A DNA stretch of 64,000 nucleotides, taken from the NCBI GenBank assembly GCA_964016885.1, contig OZ024741.1:350362001-350426000 (forward strand). Reading direction: 5' to 3'. The first letter of the stretch is position 1. Each line of letters starts with the position of its first letter. Source of the stretch: Eledone cirrhosa (Eukaryota). Of the stretch, positions 43,901 through 57,610 are shown in pieces. Both the position numbers and the translations under genes were made by a program. The notes beneath the pieces were generated by a model. It saw only the letters and a list, made by a program, of their open reading frames with translations. It was not told where the DNA came from and ran no database searches.

Positions 43901-46885
43901 ATAATTGACAATTGCTCTTATCCCAAATGTGTGGTCTTGTGAATATGTTAAAAATCATTTCGGACGCTATGCTTTGCAGCATAGAGCTAAGCCTCTTTAT
44001 GGTCTGAATTCAAATCCCAAAGTTAACTTTGCCTTTCACCCTTATGGGGTCGATAAAATAAAGCACCAGAAATGCACTGGGATAATTACTGGCCTTGTGC
44101 CAAAAATAGAAACAATTATTATTATAAACACTAGTAGCAGTACCCAGCATAAGATATGGGGTTTATTAATATCTAAAACAAATATAAATCACAACAATTC
44201 ACTATATTTTCTATAAATTGTTTTTAAAATGATCCAAGAATATTGATTATCTCAAAACAGTTGCATCATCATAAAAGTCTAAAAAAAGTCAAATAAAATT
44301 AACATTTGTTAATAGTTGAAATATCAGTTATTTACATTTAAGATTTTAATTTACAGCCGCTCAAAACCAGTTTTGGTTTTATGATACAAAACCAATTGTT
44401 TTAATGGTCTCCTATTTAAGTTAAAACCTTTCAACCTTTTGTTAAGATATGTTACAAATACCTTCTTAATGAAATTCTTCATTAATTCAAATACTATGTA
44501 ACTCATTAGTAATATGGTAGCAAAAGGGTTTGAAAAGCTAGAGCAGCTGATGTGTTCTCTAAATAAAACATTTAGTCTTTCTCCAGATCATATAAAATAA
44601 GATAAGGCCACCGTTTAGCTTGCACCTAGAAAGTTCCTCTTTGAGGCACAAACATGGACACAGTGTTTCATGGAAGACCAGCATTCACCCGTGCATACCT
44701 GTCTCCCCTTATTATCAATGTTGTCCATGGGAAAAGCAAAAGAGGATACAGCTTGGCACCAATGATGTTGCTACTCATTTTTTTCCAGTTAAGTGGATTA
44801 GAGTTATGTGAAATAAAGTGTTTTACTCAAGAACACAACATGCTGGCCAGTCAGCGAATCGAACTCACAACCTCACGATTGTGAGCCCAAGACTCTAGCC
44901 ACTAAATCATACTCCTTCACCTTGATCATATGAAAACTGACTAAAAATGATAATTTTTTTTTTTATTTTTGTATGGAGCATTACTTTCAAAATTAGCCAC
45001 AGTATTCAGGAACACACTATTTATAAATCAGGGGAAAAAATAAACTTGAACCTGCTTTAGTTTAACTACAACTTACTATCACTATTTTTTTATTTATTTT
45101 AAAATGTGTGGGGTAGGCAGAGCAGTTACGTGTATGTGTGCATGCGTGTGTATGTGCATGTATGCTGTTTTTAAGCCTCAAGTCAGCTCTGATTGAACAG
45201 ACGTATGATCAAATAAATGTATTCCAGCTTTGACCATCTAGCCTTTTTTGCTATCCACTGGGCATAATGTTGAGATACATAGCCTAATAATAAGAGTGTT
45301 AGACTCTCCATTATAAAGCCATGAGTTCAATTCTTGGACTGAGCAATGAATGCATTGTGTTCTTGAACAAAACAGTTCCTTTCATGTTGCTTTTTCTGAT
45401 AGCACTGAGGCCCCCTGCCAGCTAAACTTGTATAAGTGTGAGCTGTAAATTCCTTTTTTTTTGGGGGGGGGGGGGGTCATTGGCATAGTGTACAATGTTT
45501 AAATGTATCCTTGCTTCAAAAAAAAAAAAAAAAAAAAAAAGAGTAGAGCGTGATCTGGAGAAATCTGGCTACTATTACTAGCAAATCCAGTGACCTTTTA
45601 AAGGCTCTAGTGTGTGTAAGAGAGAGAGAGAAAGAGAGAGAGAGAGAGCTTGCGAGCTTAAACAAATATACTTTGGTATTATCTGGTGAATTTATTTTTG
45701 TAATTTTTACCACTGACAGAGATATAATCTGTTTTCTTAACCAATCACATATTCCCAGGACATTGCCAGATATTTATTCCCATTGCAGGCCTCCATATCA
45801 CACCACACACACACAAACACACACACACACAGTATAAAAAGATTCATAAAGTCAACTATAGCAGGGAATGAGGGATTATAATAGAGGGGGAAAAAGGAGG
45901 TAGGAGTAACAGCATACCATAAAGGGTGATGGTGGTAGGGGGGGGGGGGGAGAATATTAGGTCAAAATCTAGATTATGTGTATTCTGGAGAGGAAAGGGT
46001 TTTCTCACCAACTCCATCCACAACTAAGGCACACACACACACAAACAAAGCCATAGTTTTTGTTAAAAACAAAAATCAGCCAAACAGAGAATCCTACACT
46101 GTTTAACCAAGCAAAAGGGGAAAGAGGACAGAAAAGGGAAAGAAAGAGAGAAAGGGGGATACGAGAGAGAGGGAGAGAGAAGAGAGAGAGGGAGAGAGAA
46201 GAGGAAAAGGAGAAAGAAAAGAAAAAGAAAGGCGAAAGAAAAGAAAAAGAGAGAATAGGGAGTGAAGAGAGAGAAAAGAGAGAAGAAAGATAGATAAGGG
46301 AATGAAAGAGAAAATAAAAAAAGAGAAAGAAGGAGAAAAGAGAGGAGAGCTCAGAAAAAAATCAAATTCTCACATAATTTGACCATTAGGAATTAATTAT
46401 CCATAAATTATCCATAAAAATCTACCAAAAACATTTATTTTACTTGGATGGTGGCATGCTTAATTCATTTCCTAGTTTAACATCAACACCATCTGGCCCA
46501 TTAATGCCTTTAACAGAGTTCACTCTGTTCCAAGCATTGGAGGGTCAAGTCCCTGGTCTGAGGATTACCTCCCTTATACCCAACAGCATCTGAGAGAACC
46601 CTGTAAAAGGATTGTGGGCATTGCTCTACCTCCTTTGACTAAGTAATTTTCTTTTATGTTTTAATTAACCCAGTTATCATAAATAAATAAATAAATAAAG
46701 CAGGGAAAAGTGGACGTAAAATGAAATGAAAAATGAATGAAATATATAACGAAGGAAATGTGGTAAGGAACCAGATGGACCATAACACACCAAAGTACTC
46801 AATACTGAGGGTAGTAGAGTGGGTAATAGGAACAAGTAGGACCCCGACGGCTGAGCTCAAGCCGTTTCGACGGCTAATCCTGGAC

Positions 46886-46921
<36 letters not shown>

Positions 46922-47011
46922 TACATACAAAAGGTAAACAGAAATAACAAAGCAAACACATTACAATGAAAAAATATATTAGTTTTATGCTTGATATAGG
47001 AAGAAAAGAGT

Positions 47012-47046
47012 CTTAACATTTCGGAGGCTAGTCCTTCATCAGAAAA
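47012..47046 (-). ncRNA. Minimal type-I hammerhead ribozyme motif in a Penelope-like terminal repeat
   Basis: Minus strand CTGATGA-AGGA-CTAGCC-TCC-GAAA-TGTT-AA; flanks homologous to 58000-58110. Confidence 0.6.
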
Positions 47047-47349
47047 TAGAATTAGAAATTAAGGAAGAAATAGAAAGACAGAGGAGAGTAAACAGTGGCA
47101 GAAATGAAAAAGATTTCTTTGAGAAAAAGCTGATCTATTCAGGTCACCATCTCTTAGAAAACTGTTGAATTTGGTGCTGATTTGGAGACCCAGGGATCCC
47201 AAGTAAGATGGTTGGATAACATCCATGAGCTCAGCTGGTCTCGCTTGGGGATCCAGCCGGGTTAGTTGGAAACAGTTGCTTCTGACAGGACCCGCTGGAA
47301 AGAGTGTTTAAGGACTCTACCCACACAACCCTCTCAGAAATAAGTAGCT

Positions 47350-48070
47350 GAACATGCCCACTTGTCTGCAAACCGGTTGATAATTTGTCAGGATTTGCTA
47401 GAAAAACACAAAATCAAGCCAAATTTGTTGGATTAAGTAATAACAGATGAATTATGAGTGTTCAAGTACAATCCAGAGACAAAACAGCAAAGTGAGGAGT
47501 AGCATACGAAAAAATTCTCCTTGTCCGAAGAAAGCGCACGAGCAAATCCAAGGTGAAAATGATCATTTTTTCAACAAATTGTGATGGTATTTACAAAGAG
47601 TGTTTGCCTCCAGGACAGACAGTTAATCTACAAAGATGTCTTGGAACAACTTCGAAAATGGGTCCAGTGAGTCTGAAAGCATATTGCAGGTACTGCACCA
47701 TGATAACATGCTTGCTGACACAGCTCATAAATTGAAGTTGAAGGGTTATCATTTTGGGACTGCTGAAAACATACAAAAAAATTGTAACCAACGTGCCAAG
47801 GACACTCACAAAATATAACTTCTGGTGCTGCTACTATTAATGGAAAAAAACATTAGAACTACTGTGTGACTTACCAAAAGTCGTATTTTCAAGGAGATAA
47901 CTTGTAATTTCATGTATATCTAATATTGCGAGCAAGACAATCACTCTTGCCTCAAGTGGGACTACCCCCGTCCAAACCCATGCAAGCGTGGAACACGGAC
48001 GTTAAACGTTGATGATGATGATGATGATGATGAAAACGTTAATACTCTTCCTTTTGGGACACACCTTGTA
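47350..48070 (+). mobile_element. Mariner remnant, same family as 22088-23083, with an RTE-tail insertion near the right TIR
   Basis: VITDE..FKYNPETKQQS, KSKVKM, LPPGQTVN, YFQGDN; end CCTTTTGGGACACACCTTG-TA. Confidence 0.85.
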
Positions 48071-49384
48071 AAAAAAATGTTAAAATCTGTCCCAAATCCA
48101 GGGACTCATCAGCCCAGTACTTAACCCAGTTTTCATTGACATTAAGCAACCAAGATTACAAACTCCCTGCTGGGCAGGGCACCAGCCCTTGCAAGATTAA
48201 CTCCCAGCTACAGTTGGTACACATTTTCAGCTAAGTCTACTGAAGCAAGTGTTTTGCTTGGGAACACATGCCAGCCAGCCCAGGAATTGAACCCACAACT
48301 GTATGATCTCAGTTCAACACCATAACCACTAGGCTATGCACCTCCACTTAGATGTCTGAATATATTTCTCAACTCATATATATAGTTAGTGTTTGAATCA
48401 ATGTTATATTACTATCAATTATAACCAAAACTATTTGAAATATATTGTGACTATGTAATAAGAAGGATACACTGGATAATGTAGTCCTAGATTTACTTTG
48501 GCTAGGGAAAACAATTTTTAAAAAGTACACATTTTATCATAGGTTTGATGTACCAGAGCATAAACCTTGAGACAGTTAAATCATAGAGCAAAGGGTAGAT
48601 AATTATATGGTAGTCAAAATTTACTACACATCCCCACTCCAGAAGTAATTCTCTTGCTATATCTGTCTCCCACATTATGCTACACTAAAGATACAACACC
48701 ACCTAAACCAGGGCTGTCTCCAAACTTGGTTATCTTATCAAATTCTACTTCAGCAACTCCCTCCCCAACCTCACTACCCTCTCCAGTAGCTGAGAGATCA
48801 AACTCTGGTTTCAGTCTAGCACAATATTCTGTTCATTTTTCTTTTATTTATTAATTATTTACAGTATTTCTATTAATACTATATATTACAAACCCCTACT
48901 GCATTCACACACAATTACACTGCCACCACCACCACCACCACCAGCAACAACATCGCAAAACATCTGTAAAATGTTCACACCATCCATATCAACCACACCA
49001 CCAACTAGTGGCTGTGGGGAAGAAGAGGGACATCTAGAATTTTTGTCACTTCCTGTTATACCCATTACATTACATAGACATCATAAGAACTCTCAACCAC
49101 TATCTGCCTGCCTGCCCAGTAGTGTAATGTGGTGCCTGATAGCCTAACACATACACCACAACAGCTAACAAGGAAGCCTCCTCTGTGTGGATTCTTGTAT
49201 TTCTGAAAACTGTAGATAAATCTGCCTCAAATCACACCCTGGCACTCTCCAGCAAAGGGTAGAATTCATTGCATTATACAGTCCTTGACACATTCATTTT
49301 CCCCTCCAAAGAATCACGGTTTGAATCTATTTGACGATAAAGGTATGCTAAAGGTGCATACACACAGCTGAAGACTTAGACGGT

Positions 49385-50654
49385 GACGACAGTGGTGGCA
49401 GTGATGACGATGATGGTAGCAGTGGTAGTGATGACGATGATGGTAGCAGTGGTAGTGATGACGATGATGGTAGCAGTGGTAGTGATGACGATGATGGTAG
49501 CAGTGGTAGTGATGACGATGATGGTAGCAGTGGTAGTGATGACGATGATGGTAGCAGTGGTAGTGATGACGATGATGGTAGCAGTGGTAGTGATGACGAT
49601 GATGGTAGCAGTGGTAGTGATGACGATGATGGTAGCAGTGACAGTGATGACGATGATGGTAGCAGTGGTAGTGATGACGATGATGGTAGCAGTGGTAGTG
49701 ATGACGATGATGGTAGCAGTGGTAGTGATGACGATGATGGTAGCAGTGACAGTGATGACGATGATGGTAGCAGTGGTAGTGATGACGATGATGGTAGCAG
49801 TGACAGTGATGACGATGATGGTAGCAGTGGTAGTGATGACGATGATGGTAGCAGTGGTAGTGATGACGATGATGGTAGCAGTGGTAGTGATGACGATGAT
49901 GGTAGCAGTGACAGTGATGACGATGATGGTAGCAGCAGTGGTAGTGATGACGATGATGGTAGCAGTGGTAGTGATGACGATGATGGTAGCAGTGGTAGTG
50001 ATGACGATGATGGTAGCAGTGGTATTGATGACGATGATGGTAGCAGTGGTAGTGATGACGATGATGGTAGCAGTGGTAGTGATGACGATGATGTCACAGT
50101 GGTAGTGATGACGATGATGGTAGCAGTGACAGTGATGACGATGATGGTAGCAGCAGTGGTAGTGATGACGATGATGGTAGCAGCAGTGGTAGTGATGACG
50201 ATGATGGTAGCAGTGGTAGTGATGACGATGATGGTAGCAGTGACAGTGATGACGATGATGGTAGCAGTGACAGTGATGACGATGATGGTAGCAGTGACAG
50301 TGATGACGATGATGGTAGCAGTGGTAGTGATGACGATGATGGTAGCAGTGACAGTGATGACGATGATGGTAGCAGTGGTAGTGATGACGATGATGTCACA
50401 GTGGTAGTGATGACGATGATGGTAGCAGTGGTAGTGATGACGATGATGTCACAGTGGTAGTGATGATGATGATGATGACAATGGTGGCAGTGATGACAAT
50501 GACGGCAATGGTAGCAATAGTGACGACAGCAGTGGTGGCAGTGATGACGATGATGGTTGTAGTGGCAGCGATGATGATGGTGGCAATGGTGGCAGTTATG
50601 ATGATGATGATGACAATGGTGACAGTGATGACGATGATGATGACAATGCTGACA

Positions 50655-50692
<38 letters not shown>

Positions 50693-50860
50693 AACAATGG
50701 TAGCAGTGGTGGCAGTGATGACGATAATGGCAGTAGTGGTAATGGCAGTAGTGGTAATGGCAGCAATTATGACAACGATGATGACAATGGTGGCAGCAAC
50801 GACAACAAAAACAAAGGCAGTGGCTACCGCAATGATAAGAACCACAACAATAACAATGGT
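49385..50860. repeat. 27-bp minisatellite (GATGACGATGATGGTAGCAGTGGTAGT) grading into RRY trinucleotide low-complexity sequence
   Basis: About 40 units visible to ~50460, then (GAT/GGT/AAT/AGT) mixture. Confidence 0.95.
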
Positions 50861-51433
50861 TTCTTACCAGGCCAGATATTTATAAAGGAGCAGAGTAAAG
50901 TAAACTGAGTTGATCTCCATATATTAAACACCCAGACATATCTACAATGTCCTCAAAATCACTAGTACAATAAAGGTAAAGACTCCCTTAGGTCACAACT
51001 GACCATGGGATTTGCACCTAGAAAGTTCCCCTCTGAGGCACATGTCCAGGCAAGCTTGTGTGAGGAAGACCAGCAGTCACCCATGCATACTGGCCTCCCC
51101 CCTCCACACCACTGATAATGTCCAAGGGAAAGGCAATGACCGATACAGCTTGGTACTAGTGATGTCGTAACTCATTTCAACAGCTGAGTAAACTAGAGCA
51201 ACATGAAAATAATGTGTCTTGCTCAAGGTCACAATAAATCACTCAGTCCAAGAATCGAACTTACAACACACATTTGCAAGCCCAACACTAACCCCAAAGC
51301 CATGCACCTTCACACTAGTACAATAAGGATAAGGAAACCTCTACATGGTCACTTAACATGTGAAAAACAAATCATCTAAAGTTCGCTTAAATTCCATATC
51401 ACTGTGATGACAGTTGTTTGGTAACAATGTGGT

Positions 51434-51776
51434 TTCAGGTTCAATGTAGACTATGTAACAACTGGCAAGTGTCTTCTACAATATACAGCTTCAGGTTCAA
51501 TTTAGACTATGTAAGAACTGGCAAGTGTCTTCTACAATATACAGCTTCAGGTTCAATTTAGACTATGTAAGAACTGGCAAGTGTCTTCTACAATATACAG
51601 CTTCAGGTTCAATGTAGACTATGTAACAACTGGCAAGTGTCTTCTACAATATACAGCTTCAGGTTCAATTTAGACTATGTAAGAACTGGCAAGTGTCTTC
51701 TACAATATACAGCTTCAGGTTCAATTTAGACTATGTAACAACTGGCAAGTGTCTTCTACAATATACAGCTTCAGGT
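51434..51776 (+). repeat. 56-bp tandem repeat (6 copies) inside a tRNA-SINE head
   Basis: Unit TTCAGGTTCAATKTAGACTATGTAASAACTGGCAAGTGTCTTCTACAATATACAGC. Confidence 0.92.
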
Positions 51777-52002
51777 CAAACAAAGCTTTAAATGAAATTT
51801 AGTAGACAAAAACCCTGAGGAATCTCACATCATAAAGACAGTGGCTACTTTTGGGTGACAGACTTGATCTATTGCTCAGTTTAACAGCCCCGCCACATGC
51901 CCATGGGTGTCATAGGTAGAGTCCACTCTGTTACAGTTATTTAAATGAAGTTTCTCATCTGAGGATTTACTTCCTCATCCTCTCCTACCAGTGTTGGTAG
52001 GC

Positions 52003-53725
52003 CCCGGAAAAGTATTGGAGAGTACCCTTCCTGACAACTATTGGGAGTACCCGGAAAAGTATTGGAGACTACCCTTCCTGACAACTATTGGGAGACCCCG
52101 GAAAAGAATTGGAGACTACCCTTCCTGACAACTATTGGGAGTACCCGGAAAAGTATTGGAGACTACCCTTCCTGACAACTATTGAGAGACCCCGGAAAAG
52201 TATTAGAGACTACCCTTCCTGACAACTATTGAGAGACCCCGGAAAAGTATTGGAGACTACCCTTCCTGACAACTATTGGGAGACCCCGGAAAAGTATTAG
52301 AGACTACCCTTCCTGACAACTATTGAGAGACCCCGGAAAAGTATTGGAGACTACCCTTCCTGACAACTATTGGGAGACCCCGGAAAAGAATTGGAGACTA
52401 CCCTTCCTGACAACTATTGGGAGACCCCGGAAAAGTATTAGAGACTACCCTTCCTGACAACTATTGAGAGACCCCGGAAAAGAATTGGAGACTACCCTTC
52501 CTGACAACTATTGGGAGACCCCGGAAAAGTATTAGAGACTACCCTTCCTGACAACTATTGGGAGACCCCGGAAAAGTATTGGAGACTACCCTTCCTGACA
52601 ACTATTGAGAGACCCTGGAAAAGAATTGGAGACTACCCTTCCTGACAACTATTGGGAGACCCCGGAAAAGTATTGGAGACTACCCTTCCTGACAACTATT
52701 GAGAGACCCCGGAAAAGTATTGGAGACTACCCTTCCTGACAACTATTGAGAGACCCCGGAAAAGAATTGGAGACTACCCTTCCTGACAACTATTGGGAGA
52801 CCCCGGAAAAGTATTGGAGACTACCCTTCCTGACAACTATTGAGAGACCCCGGAAAAGAATTGGAGACTACCCTTCCTGACAACTATTGGGAGACCCCGG
52901 AAAAGTATTAGAGACTACCCTTCCTGACAACTATTGAGAGACCCCGGAAAAGAATTGGAGACTACCCTTCCTGACAACTATTGGGAGACCCCGGAAAAGT
53001 ATTAGAGACTACCCTTCCTGACAACTATTGAGAGACCCCGGAAAAGAATTGGAGACTACCCTTCCTGACAACTATTGGGAGACCCCGGAAAAGTATTGGA
53101 GACTACCCTTCCTGACAACTATTGGGAGACCCAGGAAAAGTATTGGAGACTACCCTTCCTGACAACTATTGAGAGACCCCGGAAAAGAATTGGAGACTAC
53201 CCTTCCTGACAACTATTGGGAGACCCCGGAAAAGTATTGGAGACTACCCTTCCTGACAACTATTGGGAGACCCCGGAAAAGTATTGGAGACTACCCTTCC
53301 TGACAACTATTGGGAGACCCAGGAAAAGTATTAGAGACTACCCTTCCTGACAACTATTGGGAGACCCCGGAAAAGTATTGGAGACTACCCTTCCTGACAA
53401 CTATTGGGAGACCCCGGAAAAGTATTGGAGACTACCCTTCCTGACAACTATTGGGAGACCCAGGAAAAGTATTGGAGACTACCCTTCCTGACAACTATTG
53501 GGAGACCCAGGAAAAGTATTAGAGACTACCCTTCCTGACAACTATTGGGAGACCCCGGAAAAGTATTGGAGACTACCCTTCCTGACAACTATTGGGAGAC
53601 CCAGGAAAAGTATTGGAGACTACCCTTCCTGACAACTATTGGGAGACCCCGGAAAAGTATTGGAGACTACCCTTCCTGACAACTATTGAGAGACCCCGGA
53701 AAAGAATTGGAGACTACCCTTCCTG
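52003..53725. repeat. 47-bp minisatellite, ~36 copies
   Basis: Unit CCCCGGAAAAGWATTRGAGACTACCCTTCCTGACAACTATTGRGAGA. Confidence 0.97.
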
Positions 53726-54469
53726 CCACCAATCATGGGAGGTCCTGGAAAGATATTGAAAGATATTGTATCCTTCTTGCCACCGCTGTTGGGAGGTCAT
53801 GGAAAAAGTCATGAGCACTGGCCTAAGTCATTAGAAAAAACAAAAATAAGGAAGGATACATTGGACAATGTAGTCACTGATACACAAAACAGATGGAATG
53901 GCTGGGACGCCTTTCATTATAGGTCTGTTCAATAAAGTTTAAGCTGGAGTTAAATAACACTAACACTACCACCAATACCATTATACAATAAAAACAACTA
54001 CAAAAAATATGGATCCTCCAAATATATTAAACAAAAACAACACTAGCAATTCTGCCAGAAATAATAATATTCAGAAAATTGAAATCATGTTATTAAAATT
54101 CCTAAATTTCATTTTAATTAGTTTGGCAAATAAGCAGAATTTCCATTATTCTCTGGGAAGAGGGAGGAGAAGAGAGTTTCACTCAAGTGCTTCATTCTAA
54201 TCTTCCTTTAAAACACACAATGCCCCATGCATGTCTTCCTCAATGTACACCTACCTGTCTGCCTGTCTGTTCCTCTGTCAGGCCACCTACCAATCTGTTT
54301 TAAAGTCCAGCTGCTTGTCTCCCAATCCACTCACTGCTCAGTATGACTGTCAGTCTCTGTTTCTAAGTGACTCCTCATGCCTCTGTGTCTCCCAGTTACT
54401 CTTGATGCCTGGCTCTGTCTATCAGTGACTGACTGCATCTCCCACCGAGTGACAGCCCACATGAGTCTC

Positions 54470-55620
54470 TCAGTCTCTTCAGCTGCCTCTCTGTGTCCCC
54501 CAGTCCCTTCAGCTGCCTCTCTGTGTCTCCCAGTCCCTTCAGCTGCCTCTCTGTGTCTCCCAATCCCTTCAGCTGCCTCTCCATGTCCCCCAGTCACTCA
54601 AGCTGCCTCTCTGTGTCTCTCAGTCCCTTCAGCTGCCTCTCTATGTCTCTCAGTCCCTTCAGCTGCCTCTCTATGTCTCTCAGTCTCTTCAGCTGCCTCT
54701 CTGTGTCTCTCAGTCTCTTCAGCTGCCTCTCTGTGTCTCTCAGTCTCTTCAGCTGCCTCTCTGTGTCTCTCAGTCTCTTCAGCTGCCTCTCTATGTCTCT
54801 CAGTCACTCAAGCTGCCTCTCTGTGTCTCTCAGTCACTCAAGCTGCCTCTCTGTGTCCCCCAGTCACTCAAGCTGCCTCTCTGTGTCTCTCAGTCTCTTC
54901 AGCTGCCTCTCTATGTCTCTCAGTCCCTTCAGCTGCCTCTCTATGTCTCTCAGTCTCTTCAGCTGCCTCTCTGTGTCTCTCAGTCTCTTCAGCTGCCTCT
55001 CTGTGTCCCCCAGTCCCTTCAGCTGCCTCTCTGTGTCTCTCAGTCTCTTCAGCTGCCTCTCTATGTCTCTCAGTCTCTTCAGCTGCCTCTCTGTGTCTCT
55101 CAGTCTCTTCAGCTGCCTCTCTGTGTCTCTCAGTCTCTTCAGCTGCCTCTCTGTGTCTCTCAGTCTCTTCAGCTGCCTCTCTGTCTCCCAGTCTCTTCAG
55201 CTGCCTCTCTGTGTCCCCCAGTCCCTTCAGCTGCCTCTCTGTGTCCCCCAGTCACTCAAGCTGCCTCTCTGTGTCTCTCAGTCTCTTCAGCTGCCTCTCT
55301 ATTTCTCTCAGTCCCTTCAGCTGCCTCTCTATGTCTCTCAGTCCCTTCAGCTGCCTCTCTATGTCTCTCAGTCCCTTCAGCTGCCTCTCTGTGTCCCCCA
55401 GTCCCTTCAGCTGCCTCTCTGTCTCCCAGTCCCTTCAGCTGCCTCTCTGTCTCCCAGTCCCTTCAGCTGCCTCTCTGTGTCTCCCAGTCCCTTCAGCTGC
55501 CTCTCTGTGTCTCCCAGTCCCTTCAGCTGCCTCTGTGTCTCCCAATCCCTTCAGCTGCCTCTGTGTCTCCCAGTCACTCAAGCTACCTCTCTGTGTCACC
55601 AAGTCCCTTCAGCTGCATGC
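54470..55620. repeat. 30-bp minisatellite, ~38 copies
   Basis: Unit CAGTCYCTTCAGCTGCCTCTCTRTGTCTCT, with 28-bp variants at the 3' end. Confidence 0.97.
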
Positions 55621-57024
55621 CTATGACTCAGTGAGTCTAGCTGGTTGTGTTGCTTAGCTGAGTTGAGTCTATCAGTAGGATAATGTCCTAGTCTGTCAGC
55701 TGACCAGTTTATCTCTCTCTCTCTCCCTCCTTACCTACATTAATGAATGAATCTAAAATGTGTAATGCAGTAACTGGTTGCTATGGTGACCATTACTACA
55801 ATGACAAAAAATATCTACTCTTCAATAAAATTTCCAATGATGCATCTTGAGATATATTTAACCCTTTACTATTATATTTTCATGGTAAATGCTTTATCTC
55901 ACAATTATCTCACATAATATCGAATCTATGAGATTTTGAAAGTATTTATTTTGAGAACAATACCATAACATCAGTTTGAGTGACCGGTTACTGCCAGTTT
56001 CAACAGAAAGAGGTAGATAATTCTGGCCGGTTTTGGCCAGTTTGAACAAAGGGTTAAAGGGAAACTGGCACCAGTGGGAGCCATGGTTAATATTTGACCA
56101 TAAGACACAGTCATGCAATGTCATCATTATTCCATTGAAAGAATATTAATTTTGTCTTAGCTATTTTACATCATAAAACCAACAGTGTGTGTGTAAGAGA
56201 GAGAGTGAATGTGTGTGTACATCATAATTTATGAATGATGATTAACATGTTTATATAGATACATGTATGTATTCAACATGTGTGTACGTATGTGTGAATA
56301 TATGCATGTATGTGCGAATATATGCATATGTATGTGCACAGCACACATATTTGACCACTTATTTCTGCCTATACTTCTCCCATTCAAACTCCCCACACAG
56401 ACACAAGCATACGAACATACAATATATGCACACAAACATGCTACACACACACACACACACACAGACAGACACACAAACTTCTTTTGATACTTGTCAATAC
56501 ATAAAGCTGTGTTGCAGTAAGTATTGATTTTATCATATATATACAAGCACACATACAAACACATACATGGGTATATACAATTATGCAGAATGGACACATA
56601 TATAAACATACACACATACACACACACATATATATATATACACACACATATATACACACACATATATATATATACACACACATATATACACACATACATC
56701 ACACACAATGTAAAAATATGTTTAAGAAAGCTATGACAATGCGGAATGGACAGTAAAATGAAGGCAACAAAAAAGTTTGTGTTACCTAGTATTTATTATT
56801 ATCTTTTCAAGACTTAAAAATCCCTTCCTCAAAGTGTGGGAAACTCTCAGAGCAAAACATTCCAGTCTTATCACGTAGAAGTTTGATTTAAATTTTAAAT
56901 TTAGAAACCAATTACAAACATTGTTTTGACGTTTGCCGTAGTATCTGTAAGAAGCAGGAGGATGACATCAATAGCTATATGTATAGTCTAGTTGAAGCAA
57001 ATTTTTTATATTAATTGTTGTTTA

Positions 57025-57610
57025 GGCTGCTCCTTACCTCTCTGGCAACACATCCTCCTTTGCTTCCGTACCCTCTCTTCTAACCCAGTCACTTCTTGCT
57101 TCTTTCCAAACCCATCACTGCCTTAAAGCATGCCTGTAATCTCTGCAACTTCCTGGTACATAATTGGCTTCTCTTCTTCTCCAAGGACTCCTCTTGGCTC
57201 CTGCCCCTGTTCTGGTCCCTGCTGTAACACCTGTCCCTTCATTTCTAACCCCACCACTCTCACAGGCACTAACAGTTCATTCAGTATAATCCACTCCTTC
57301 ACCTGCACATCCACCCACATAATCTATGCCCTCCAGTGTTCCCTTTGTGGGTCCATATACATCGGACAAACAGGTTGTTGTCTGGCAGATTGTTTCGTTG
57401 AACACTTGAGGGACATACAACTTAGCATGGATACCTGTCACTCATCATTTGCATTCTCCAGGCCACTCTTCCTTACATGTCTCAGTTCTTGGTGTCCTTT
57501 TACATTATAGATCACAGGCCACGTACACAAAGACTGAGCAGAGTCTGATTTTCCACCTTGGGTCCAGTTTCCCTAATAGATTCAACTCCCCTCCCCAATT
57601 TCTTTAATCT
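57025..57610 (+). mobile_element. Penelope-like element: Cys-rich linker plus GIY-YIG endonuclease remnant
   Basis: ORF 57130-57510: GSCPCSGPCCNTCPFI..FTCTSTHIIYALQCSLCGSIYIGQTG..FVEHLRDI. Confidence 0.9.

Noticed and set aside
52003-53725. CRISPR-like appearance of the 47-bp array
   Set aside because: Units are contiguous with no unique spacers, there are no cas genes, and the context is eukaryotic
54377-55657. 426-aa SAASLCLSV repeat ORF
   Set aside because: 30-bp minisatellite open in several frames, with frameshifting 28-bp units
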